Under the pieces are notes generated by a model, which did not search any database, had not been told where the DNA came from, and saw only the letters and a list, made by a program, of their open reading frames with translations. Both the position numbers and the translations under genes were made by a program. A DNA stretch of 64,000 nucleotides, from positions 8,060,001-8,124,000 of the forward strand of contig CM068760.1 of assembly GCA_035084275.1 (NCBI GenBank). Reading direction: 5' to 3'. Shown here piece after piece: positions 1 through 11,065 of the stretch. The stretch's first letter is position 1, and every line of letters begins with the position of its first letter. The stretch is from Hydrolagus colliei (lineage: Eukaryota).

Positions 1-56
1 TTCAAGGGCACTGATGATGATTGTTATTATTGTTGTTATTGCTGCGCTGGAAGTGT

Positions 57-361
57 GGAGTTCTACCGCTCAGTGGTTGGAACACTCACCTCGTAAATGG
101 GAGACCTGGGTTTGATTCCTGGCAGGGCGAAACCTTAGGCAAGTTTATTTACTGCACACTAGTCCCTCAAGAAAAAAAAATGTATTAAATTGGTCACTTC
201 AATCCACGAGCATTTGTGGGACACTGCTGTGAGTAATTGGCTGCCTCATTTTGCCCACAAATATACAGAAAATTCGCTTTACAGTGTATTCCGTGAAGCG
301 CTTTGAGACGTCTAGAAGTCGTGAAAAGCGCTCTATCAAATCAAGGATTATTATTATTATT
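57..361 (+). mobile_element. tRNA-derived SINE, dominant young family, near full length
   Basis: A-box-like GCTCAGTGG, B-box-like GGTTTGATTCC, core tttgtgggacactgctgtg, 3' hairpin gcgctttgagacgtc...aaaagcgc and (ATT)n tail. Confidence 0.88.
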
Positions 362-2756
362 CTTCGTGTTTACAATTAGGTGTTAATGCTGCCGATTTGT
401 TTTCAATGCTGCTGCCATCACAACAAATCTAATCATCTCCTTTCTTTGTATTCACACATGCACTTTCCTAGCAAGGTTACTGCAAGTTTAATATACAATA
501 TTTACACCCACCCCTCACCTGCTGGGAGTTATTCCGGGAGAGGGGTGGGAGGTGAGTTGTTGGAGGGAAGGGAAGGAATATTAGACACTTGATGGATTCT
601 TTTCATGTGGGCTTCTAAACTTCAACCCAACCGTTTATCCTCAATAACTTCAAAGTAATATTAAGCTGAAGTTGTTAGTTTTTTGACTGTGTCTGGTTAA
701 ATCCCGATGCATAACTGTCTTGTCAGTGGATATGGTAAGTAGTTTTAAATTGGCAATGATTTACTGGGCCATTTGAAAGTGAGTTTAACTTTGAGGTAAT
801 GCCCCTTCAACTAAAACTACAATGAGTACTGTAGTTGTAGTTATCCCCCGTGTGTGATTGAGGAGGGCGAATAAGTCGCAACCATAAAAATCTCTTGGAA
901 AAACAGGGAATTTAACTTCACCTATTACATTCATATCAAGGCAACCAATGTGTCACTAACAGTTAGCTGAAAAAGATGTAAAGTGCTGAGCATGATACCT
1001 AGGTGGGGGGTCCCAAGACTAAATTAGTCCAAAGCAGAAGTCATACAGAGGTAGGCAATACTGTAGAAAGTTAATAGCACAGCTGGAGAAATCCGGTGAG
1101 GAGAAATGGGGAAGACTTCTAGCATTGAAACCAGCATTGAAGACAGTGTTCGGGCCAGTGACTGAAACGTGTGAACAAGGAAGATAAGATACTTTTTTCA
1201 TAAGGCAAGGAATCATTCTACCAGTAAAAGGAGCATCTCTACCTCTGTTATTTAAGCACAACTTCACAATGCCTTTCTCTACAACTTCTTCAGACCGTTT
1301 GTGATTGTATGACTGTTTTGTTTTGGCTTGGTAGTAGAAGGCAATGTGACATATTATGGGTGGTGATGGTGTCTGTTTTCGCCCATATTATACCAGTCAA
1401 GGATGACACTCCACTATAGTGCTGGGGTAGCCCTACATTGTGGAAGTTGCCGACCTTCAGATAAAATGTTAAAGCCAAGCTTCCTTCTGCTTGTTAAAGC
1501 GGACTTTACAGATCCTATGACACTTTTTGTAAAGAAAAGGGGGAATTTCCTTGTGTCCTAATTAACAATCCCACAGGTAGATTTAGTCATTGATAAAATT
1601 TATCACTATTTGTCGGACAGGGCTGTGCGCAAGTTAACTGCCATGTTTCTCCACAATATACTCAGTCACTACACTTGACAGTAAATCATGTGAAGCAATT
1701 CAAAGGCCCTACAGTAGCAAAAGCCGATGTCCCAAATGCAGCAATTTGTTCCCATTGAAAATAATAATAATTGTTATTATTGAATTGCTTTTCATTCTTC
1801 CTTCATATTCAATTTTATCATGGTAGTAAACCAACTTGTTTGTTATTCTGGGTTATTCTGACTTGCAAAGTAGAGCCAATTGGATACGTTGCACATTAAT
1901 GATTTGCAAAATGGATAATCATGAATCTCAAAAGCTGGCAATGGTTGATGAAAAGGCTGACGGGCATGTTTGATTTTGTTGGCATTGCGCATTTGTAATT
2001 AGCCATGTTGAGAATCTGGCGTATTAAGTTGCAATTAACACATCAAATCCAGTTGTGATTATCACTCATTAGACCCTTGTTTTGGGAAAATTATTCTCAG
2101 CCTCTCTCATTCTTTTCTGTTCCACCATCTGTAGTTTTTCTCTTTTATCACGGCTTTTATATGCCATGGTTTGGCTTGCGGTTTGTGCAAGTAGCTGACA
2201 CGCTGTTTCAGTGAGCAACTAAACATGTTCTGCATCCAGGCGTGTGGGTGTGTGATTTCTAGTTAATTAGCAGAATCCTTTTGTTGTTTTGTAATTGTTA
2301 ATCTGGAAAGTTCAGCGAATCTTTAACTCACGTTTAGGTTTTCCAATAAACGCCAGAAAGGAAGTCAGCTTGTTGAATATAAATGAGTTAATTAGCAAGG
2401 TTTAACATTTTAAGACAAGCAATGTTGTACTGGTGGAAATCTGGACTCTACACTGAGCGGTTTATGCATTAAAAAAAAAGGTGCTATTTATGTTGAACTC
2501 AGCCCTTTCGGATTCCTTGTTGACTTGATAGGAGATCACATACTCTTTCCTTCGTGAGACCAGAAACCGATTTATATAGACATTGCACTATATCTGTTTT
2601 ACAGTATCGATATTGTCATCAAAGGGTGAGATCTCATGTAGCTTTGGGTTTCACAGGAAAGTGTACAAAAAAGTTTTGGAAACAGGACCAGGGACAGCAA
2701 GCATACTACTTTTTGGGGGTATGCTAATCTTCCTTCTTGTCTTCTGTGTCAGTTAC

Positions 2757-3121
2757 TTGTAGCTCAGTGGTTGGAGCACTCACTCTGCTAGCGAGAGACC
2801 TGGGTTTGATTCCTCGCAGGATGAATCGTTGGGCAAATTTCCTTACCCCACACGCATCTGTTTACATAGCAGTAAATAGCAACCCGGTTGTTAGTCGATT
2901 GGTGGATCGCTTTCCCGGGGGTAATAATTCCTTCAAAAAGAAAATAATAATAAATTGGTCATTTCAATCCATGACTGTTTGCGGGATTTTGCTGTGCGCA
3001 ATTGGATGTTGCGTTTCGCTCACAAAATATACAATCTGTTCACTTTACAGTATATTCTGTGAAGCGCTGTGTGACATCATGAAGACATGCTTAGGCGCTA
3101 TATCAAAAGCAAGGATTATTA
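2757..3121 (+). mobile_element. Dominant SINE, long variant; tail interrupted by the MITE
   Basis: tRNA-like head plus an extra ~70-nt segment (ctgtttacatagcagtaaatagcaacccgg...gattggtggatcgc). The tail resumes after 3795. Confidence 0.85.
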
Positions 3122-3224
3122 CCGTAAATACCCGCGTATAAGGCGCACTCGCGTATAAGGCGCACCCCCCCACTTTTGACCTTTTATTGGTGAAAAAAAA
3201 CGGAAGCATTTTCGATGATATTGC

Positions 3225-3550
3225 CGGCAGTAGGGAGGGAGGCAGGAGAGACAGGTAGGTAGGGAGGGAGGCAGGAGAGACGGAGGCAGGCAGGANNNNN
3301 NNNNNNNNNNNNNNNNNNNNNNNNNNNNNNNNNNNNNNNNNNNNNNNNNNNNNNNNNNNNNNNNNNNNNNNNNNNNNNNNNNNNNNNNNNNNNNNNNNNN
3401 NNNNNNNNNNNNNNNNNNNNNNNNNNNNNNNNGCAGGGAGAGAGGGAGGGAGGCAGGCAGGCAGGCAGGGAGGGAGGGAGGCAGGAGAGGGAGGGAGGCA
3501 GGCAGGCAGGCAGGCAGGCAGACTGGGTTTGGCAGAAGGCAGGCAGCAGG
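3225..3550. repeat. (GGCA/GGGA)n purine-rich low-complexity repeat inside the MITE
   Basis: Tandem ggca/ggga units on both sides of the N gap. Confidence 0.9.
3296..3432. other. Assembly gap (137 N)
   Basis: Run of n characters. Confidence 1.
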
Positions 3551-4407
3551 CACAGCACTGAAGTTTGCTACTGCTGCTGCTGTCCGGGCGGCCGAGGCCA
3601 AAGCCCTATCACCCGCTCCTCCCAACCCCCGCCAGACACTGACCAAACCCCAGCTGACAGCGCGCCGGCCGCCCCTCCTGTTTACTGTATTTCCGAGGCT
3701 CAAAATTTCTTGTACCTGCGTATAGGGCGCACCCCCAACTTTCGAGATCTTCCGACGTGAAAAAAAGTGCGCCTTATACGCAGGTATTTACGGTACTATG
3801 ATTATTATTCTCATGAATTCCCCGGATTGCCCATAAACCCAACTAGTTGGTGTCTCTCGAACCCCTTTTTACTATTGATTGTCATCCTGCCCCAGCATCT
3901 TATTTTCTGCTTGGAGATTACATTCCCAACTGCGCTGTGCTACAGAAATCATTTTGGTCTCGGTGGCATATCTTGACAGTGTAACTGATTTTGACGAATG
4001 CGATTTGTGGTTCAGCCGGAGGCTGATGCCTGCTTTGTGCAATATGATCTAAAAGTGGATAGCTATTTTTGCAATATATGGGATGATGCTCCGATCATTT
4101 CTGTTTAGCTTACCGCTTGCTGGGTTCAGCTTGACGGAAATTTGGGAGACGTGGCTTTTGAAAGTAACTTATAACTTCTGTTCCTCCTCAGAGGTCAAGG
4201 CAATTTTTTCTTTTTGTTTTTTTGTTGATGAAATCGTCAGCATGCCGAGGGAATTGCAACACTTTGTGATCTACTGGGTGAATATCAGAAAAATATGCTC
4301 AGTTTTTCATACATAACCACTTGTGCAATAAGGTCACATGAGCAACCGTTTGGAGTATTGAGTGACTTGAGCTGAATGTTGAGGCACAAAGATAATAATA
4401 ATATGTT

Positions 4408-4768
4408 AATAATAATCTTTGCATTTGATATAGTGCTTTTCGCGTCTTCTAGACAACAACAACAACAACAACAATTTACATTTATAGAGCGCCTTTCACG
4501 TCGGGAGGACGTCCCAAAGCGCTTCACAGAATATACTATAAAGTAAATTGACTGTATATTTGTGGGCGAAATGCGGCAGCCAATTGTGCACAGCAGTGTC
4601 CCACAAACAGTCGTGGATTGAAATGACCAATTTTTATTATTGTGGGTTTATTTTTGGAGGGATTATTATTAGGCTTGTGGAGTAATGAAACTTGCCCACG
4701 GTTGACCTGCCTGGATTCAAACACAAGTCTCACACTTGTAAGACGAATGCTCTAACCACTGAGCTACT
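4408..4768 (-). mobile_element. Dominant SINE with a nested L2 3' tail (4454-4522)
   Basis: Reverse complement of the family consensus, interrupted by (AAC)n...gcgcctttcacgtcgggaggacgtccca. Confidence 0.85.
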
Positions 4769-5499
4769 ACATGAACCTGGATTTGAAACTGGCCTTTGGT
4801 GTGTTGGATAGTGGTGCGTGTGGTAGAGAGATTTGAACATTTGCAGGACTTGTGAGGCTGAATCACTTTATTTTGGTGACATGATGTTGTGAAGGATCCA
4901 CATATGTTAACACTGGAATGTTTGAGTGCAGTGGATCAGTCTGAGTAACAGTCTTATACTTGCATTAACAATTGACAGGCTACAAGATTTTTTGCCTATG
5001 AATCCATGTGAAAATGTGTATCCATTTACTGAAGTTGTGCTTTGAAATCAGCCTGACAAAAACCTGGCCAGAGCCGTCAAACTTGACACAAGTTCAAATA
5101 AATGAGAACAATATAAATCATTGTTCAGATGGTTATTAATCCCTTCCACATTGCACATTACCATTTTCTCTTCTCACCAAGTTAACCCACTTCACCCCAG
5201 TCCAGAGTGAAGGAGGGTTGGTGGGGAGGGGAGGTGGTGGGTGGGGGGGTGCTGGAGGGCAACTGCAGGCAGTTCCTTGGATACAAACAATGTCATTATG
5301 TAGTTGATCTGCCAGGAGGTATACTCGAATACTGTGGGAAAAAATCTGTGTGTGTGAGCGTGCACGCGTGTGTGTCATTATGTATGTACGTATCTGTGTA
5401 TGTGTCTATGCGTGTATATTTCATATACATTAAAAGCTATAATGAAACAGAGTTTGTAAACATGCTATTGTATTTCAAACTAACTAAGGTGTCACCCTA

Positions 5500-5850
5500 G
5501 GCTCAGTTGGATACCCCTGAGTCAGAAGGTTGTAGATTCAGACTCAGTGTCACGATTTTAAGCCTATAGCCTAGGCTGACACTCTGCGGCTGCATTGTCG
5601 GAGGTGCTGGAACTCCTTTGAATGAGATTTTACACCAAGGTCTGGTCTGCCTGTTAAGGCGGACGTGAATGATCCCATGGCACTGGTTGAAAAGTAAAGG
5701 GCAATTTCCAGGTATAGCTGGTCATTTGCTTAATGGCTATGTGTGTGACAATGCTGTGCGCAAATTGGCTGCCACGTTCGCCTATCCTATATTAATTTTC
5801 GGTCTCTATACTCTAGATCCTGTGGAGTGCATTGCGACATTTTGACGATG
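5500..5850 (+). mobile_element. Older Deu-domain (SacSINE1-like) SINE
   Basis: ggctcagttgg...gagtcagaaggttgt head; ggctgacactc...tgcattgtcggaggtgc...gatcccatggcact Deu-type core; gctgtgcgcaaattggctgcc. Confidence 0.7.
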
Positions 5851-6534
5851 TATTAATATAAAATGCAAAGTACAGTATACTATTAATATAAATGCCTGTA
5901 TCTCATCAGGCTCTGGGTGCCTTACTCAGTCCTCATGAATGTAGCCCCATTTGGAAGTGCCCACCTCTGAGACTCCTGTTGATTCTAGCTCTGTTTACAA
6001 TCGAAAGCTAGTTTTTCTCGTGTGGGAGGCCCTGTCACCTCACATCTGTTTGTGAGGTTTTTTTTTCATCAGCAACTTTATATAAATTCAAATTCAATGG
6101 GAGGGAAATTGTTTTTGAGTATTCAAGAACAATTTTTCTTCAAGTTGTTTTCAAAAAAAAAATCATCCAGGTGCAGGCCGCGTCCAAATGCCTTTATAAG
6201 GCCTTACTCGCCTCGTCTATATACAATCCCCAGTAGCTTGGTCTCAACAAAAGGCTCTAGCTCAGGGCAGCCTAAATCCCTTGTCATAATACTTACATAA
6301 GACGTCTCACACTGCATTAGACTCTTAATAAGCCAAAGCACTGGACCCCAAAAGTGAAATCCTAGGATTTCCATCATTAGCTTCAACACATCCAACATCA
6401 GTCTCACATTCCTCCTTGTACACACATGGTGTCAGGTAATCGCTGCCCATGCGTTCTGCCAGCTTCGCTGATATGCCCGAGTGAGTTTATTTACTATGAG
6501 CATTCGGGCTGGTGTGAATGGAACTCTAACCTCC

Positions 6535-6773
6535 AAACCATTTGGTAGTCAATTGGCAGATCGCCTTTCCGGGGATAATAATTCCTTCAAAAACGTAGTA
6601 ATAATTTGCTCACTCAATCCACAAATGTTTGTGGGACACTGCTGTGCACAATCGGCTGCTGTGTTTCACCCACAAAATATACAGTCAGTTCACTTTACAG
6701 TATATACTGTGAAACGTTTTGAGATGTTTGAAGACGCGATAAGGCACTGTATCAAATGTAAGGATTATTATTA
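6535..6773 (+). mobile_element. Dominant SINE, 5'-truncated long variant
   Basis: Matches the family body and the (ATT)n tail. Confidence 0.82.
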
Positions 6774-7361
6774 AGGACAAAATATTCTATTCATGTTTTG
6801 AATGTCCAAAACTGGAAAACATCTGTTCACATTTAGTGCTTCGAGCCTTTCTCTCTGATTCTGTGCCAGTGTTCAGTTTATGCCATATGAACTTGATTGT
6901 AAAGTTGTTCAATATTTTTCGAGGTTGTTAATTTGTTAATCTGTTTTAATCATCTCTTGTAGGTCAATCAGTTCAATAGAGGGGGGAGCTTCTTATAACA
7001 TTCAATTTCCCCCCCGCCACACACACCTTTTGAAAAACATTACAATTGATGATCAGTACATTGCTGGATAAGATCAGAAACAGCAAATGTTTATACATTG
7101 GACATATTCTGTATTAAGGTACAATTTGAGGTAACAGGAATCCCTGAGAAAAGGCTCACAGTATTGTGATTCTTAGCTCAAAGATTCCATCTTATAGGAT
7201 ATTTATATTAATTCGTGAAAAATTTGTGTTTTCTCAAACACTCAGCATAATGGCGTAATTCCAGGTCTTTTACACACGTGTAGTAGCAGGATTTGACATT
7301 ACAATGGCACTCTTCAGGTGCTGTACAAAAAAAGGTAACGACAACAAATTGCACTTATCAT

Positions 7362-7900
7362 TATAATAATAATCCTTGCATTTGATATAGTGTTTTTTAC
7401 ATCTGCTAGACGTCTCAAAGAACTTCACAGTGTAAAGTGAATTGACTGCATATTTTGTGTGCAAAACACGGCGGCCAATTGTGCGCAGCAGTGTCCCACA
7501 AACAGTCGTGGAACACCCTCCACACAGGATAGCGTCTCAGAGTGCTTAACAGTGACGGACTCTGAGCTGGGAGGAGGGTGGGGGAGATGGCCATAAGCAC
7601 AGTCGAAGAGGCAGGTTTTCAGGCGAGACTTGAAAAAGGGGAGAGAGGGGGGGCAAGGCTAAGGGATTAGGGAGCGTGTGACATAGTTTCAGGGCATAGT
7701 GGCTGAAAGCGCAACCTGTGATGGTGGGGTGGAGCATATGAAAGCAGGAGACGAGGCCAGTCGAGCTGAGGCACCACATTGTGGATTGGGGGAGTGAGGA
7801 GGTCGGAGAGGTAGGGAGGTACCAGAGAGTGAAGGGACCACAAGGCCAGTCAACCACCACACAGAGACAGGAAGGGAAGCTCTGAGCAGTCACGCAGGGC
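7362..7900 (-). mobile_element. SINE 3' part (7362-7512) abutting an L2 LINE 3' fragment (7512-7900)
   Basis: SINE consensus followed by an L2-like segment that reads on the - strand ...ctttcagccactatgccctgaaact...ttcaagtctcgcctgaaaacctgcctcttcgac. Confidence 0.72.
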
Positions 7901-8069
7901 TCTCCCACATATTATAACAGCTGATTAAAGAATAGAATTGGCGTAAGACTTGAGCCGCTCTCCAGATTATTCTGTTGGCCATCGGTGGAGTATGGGGAGA
8001 CAGAAAACTACATTACACTTCTTCCCTACACCTCCCTGGTTCTTGAAATGCTTCAAGATTACACAATAT

Positions 8070-8362
8070 AGTAATTCTTGCGTTTGATATAGCGCTTTCC
8101 AGGTCTTCTAGACATCTCAAAGCATATACTGTAAAGTGAATTGATTGTATATATGTGGGTAAAACACGACAGCCAATTGTGCACAGCTGTGTCCCACAAA
8201 CAGTCGTGAATTGAAATGACCAATTTATTATTGTTTTTTCTTGAGGGATTATTATCAGGGGTGTGGAGTAAGGAAACTTGCCCAAGGTTTCGCCCTGCCT
8301 GGAATCAAACCCAGGTCACTCGCTTGCAAGGCGAATGCTCTAACCACTGAGCTACTGGACTC
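8070..8362 (-). mobile_element. Dominant SINE, full length
   Basis: Head gtccagtagctcagtggttagagcattcgccttgcaagcgagtgacctgggtttgattcc on the - strand, plus body and tail. Confidence 0.9.
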
Positions 8363-10134
8363 TGAATTACACCGATTCCCTGCTGTCATAATTTGGCTTT
8401 AATTTTTAAATATGGGTGTGAAACAGCTAGGAATCTTAGGGAGATGGTAGTGTATTTTTGGGGGGAGGGGGGGGATTTTTTTTATCTGTAAACATGGCCA
8501 AAGATTTTTAATTTATTTAGAAGACTTTGAGGCAGCAGGGAGCTGTGTAAGGCAGAAAGATGGTGAATACAGCACACATTATGTGTGAGTGGTTTGGAGG
8601 GTAGCATAACAGAGTGGCAAAGTGGAACAGAAACAAATCTAATAAGTTCATGCCCAGGTCTTACTGACGTGTAACATAAAAATGGACCAGGCTCTTTCAA
8701 ATTTCTGTCAATTTCTCATTCACCGTATTAATGTGCATCTCAGAAGTGTTAATTGTTGATTTGAGCTCGATCCTAACCAAGACAGAATAACTTGGAATTA
8801 ATCACTGATTTGTAGTAAATATTGGTGTGCCGTTAAGTTCGCATTAAACATTTACTCTTCACCTAACGCAAGTTGTTGCGTTTGACTGCACATGAATAAA
8901 ATTACACTTCAAAACAAAACCGGATTCCCTTGTAAGATTACACAGCCGATCCTTCCCATCTGCGGATTATTAACCAGAGATCGACCTGTGTCAGTAGTGT
9001 TAATCTCTCACTTTAAGGAACTATCTAACGTTTCAAAGCATTCCAGCAAATGTTTTAACGATCCATCCGGAAACAAGAATCTGAGGATCGATCAAGTCTA
9101 GGAAACGCCTAAACTAATGTTATGAAGATGTCTGTCATCCTGCAGAATTTTTGACACGATTTGTCGTGTAATAAAATGACAGGTTGGCAATAAGTGGGTA
9201 GTGCCCAGACTCGCCATTGTAAATGTTAAGGGTGGAGGCTGAAAGTATTTAGCTGTGTTTTACACAAAGAACCCCTCATCCTCTTAATCGAGTGTTCTGT
9301 TTGTTTAAATCAAGCGTATCTGCGTTTGCAAACCTCTATTTGTTATTTCTACTCAAAGCACAAAGACTAATGCATCATATACAGTTTTATGCATATTATT
9401 TATTGTTGTGGTCTTACCAACTGAAATGTGGTTTTAGTTATTTTTGCAATGCCAGAAAATAAGCAAAATATCGGATACATTAAATTTACCAAATACCAAA
9501 TAATGGATGATAGTGACGAGGGAGGGAGAGAGGGTAAAGTGACTGATGGGACAGCAGACATGATGAGGTCCTGAGTACAGAGGGAGTAGATAGAGCGATC
9601 CATTTTTTAAAAAGAAAAGCAGCATTGAATTAGTAGAAATAGTGAATGATAGATATACGACCTTGGGAATTTACAGGGATATCCGAAAATAGAGCGTGGG
9701 TTCCATATCTTGTGCATCAGAAACCGTGATGATGAGATACAGTGTGCAATTCCTTTATGGCTCCCTGGTGTACCTCCCACTACATCTGCTGTAGTGCTGC
9801 GGCAGCGATTTGTTTCCACCAACAGTAGGCCTTTGTTTGCCCAAGGGGTGCAGAACGGGTAAACGGCAAGTCACTTGTTCTCCCTCATCAAACTGTTTTG
9901 ACTGTAGGCCGTATCCAATAAAACTTGCGCTTTCAATATCAGTGTTGTTTGTTTTCTGCTGACTTTTCCCATTGACCAGCAGTCCTGGCTGATTCTTCTT
10001 CCCCTGACTACCTCAGCTGGTTTATGTTTGCTGTGCTGAAGTTGCACCTAGCTCCCCTGTTGGCAGGCCAGCTCAGATCAGTGAACCCGGTAACTTATAA
10101 GGTTGATATATCTTGGTACTTCACAAGGCATATC

Positions 10135-10680
10135 TTTATCACACTCTGGAACCCGAATCCCACGGTCCCTTCGCCTCGCTTCCACCCTCTCTTCCTTCAA
10201 GGCCGGTCTCAAGACCCCCCTTTTCGATCATGCCTTCTGCCACCCTTACCTCTCTCCCTCCTCTCCCCTCCCCTCCCCCCTACCCTGCCCCTTCTCCATG
10301 CTCGGGTCCCCAACCCCTGACTGTTTAGCGCCTTGGGACGTCCTCTCGATGTGAAAGGCGCTCTAATAATGTCATTCTGTCGCTGATTGTTGTTGTTGTT
10401 TATTCAGCAAGCCACCAGGGGGTCCTACTGACTCCAGCCTCCTGTTTGTCCCTCACCCACTCTGCTCCACTATTGGCGGCTGTGCCTTCAGGCACTACAC
10501 CCCAAAACTCTGGAACTCTCCCTCAATCCCATCCCCACCTTCAAATCCCATCTGAAGACCTTTATTTTTGATCGTGCTCATGGTCACCCGGCTCGGGATC
10601 AGACTGCCCCATTGTCACTTGCTCTGAGATGCTAGTCTGCATGAAGGGAGGTATAAAAATACTGTACAGGTTATTGTTGT
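10135..10680 (+). mobile_element. Two tandem L2 LINE 3' fragments
   Basis: ctctggaac...ttcaa...tc(t)aagacc...ttttcgatcatgc blocks ending in the gcgccttgggacgtcc...gtgaaaggcgct hairpin and (TTG)n tail; the second copy is more decayed. Confidence 0.7.
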
Positions 10681-10714
10681 TTTAAAATGATTAATAATTT
10701 AAAAAACGCTTTTT

Positions 10715-10976
10715 CATACAGTGCTTTTCACATCTCATTGACGTCTCAAAGTGATACATCAGCCAATTTCGCACAGCAGTGTCCCCACAAACAGTCGTGG
10801 ATTGAAACGGCCAATTTTTAAAATTATTGTGTGTGTTTTGTGAAGCGATTATTATTAGGCGTGTGTGTGGAGTGAGGAAAGTTGCTCAAGGCTTCGCCCT
10901 GATCTGCCTGGATTCGAACACAGATCTCACGCTTGTAAAGGCGAGTGCTCTAACCACTGAGCTACAGCAGCTCCAC
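10715..10976 (-). mobile_element. Dominant SINE with an internal deletion
   Basis: Head and core present; about 60 nt of the 3' body is missing. Confidence 0.82.
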
Positions 10977-11065
10977 AAATGCCAGTGAACAGAGATTGCT
11001 GACTCCTGATTATTATTAAAAGGTTAAAGGTGTCTTTTTTTGCTGCAGCCCAGTTGAGAAATTCA

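Larger units (their letters stand above)
3122..3793. mobile_element. Non-autonomous Tc1/mariner-superfamily (pogo/Tc2-like) MITE
   Basis: 27-bp TIRs: CCGTAAATACCCGCGTATAAGGCGCAC on the left and its reverse complement GTGCGCCTTATACGCAGGTATTTACGG on the right (1 mismatch). TA duplication at 3120-3121 and 3794-3795. Subterminal repeats of GCGTATA(A/G)GGCGCAC. No transposase. Confidence 0.88.

Noticed and set aside
3119-3703. 194-aa and 124-aa ORFs across the gap
   Set aside because: Translations of the GGCA/GGGA repeat and Ns inside a MITE, with no transposase motifs.
8290-8362. tRNA-like sequences with A/B boxes and an anticodon-like stem-loop (TCGC-cttgcaa-GCGA)
   Set aside because: No pairing acceptor stem, and each runs directly into the SINE body. 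They are SINE heads, not tRNA genes.
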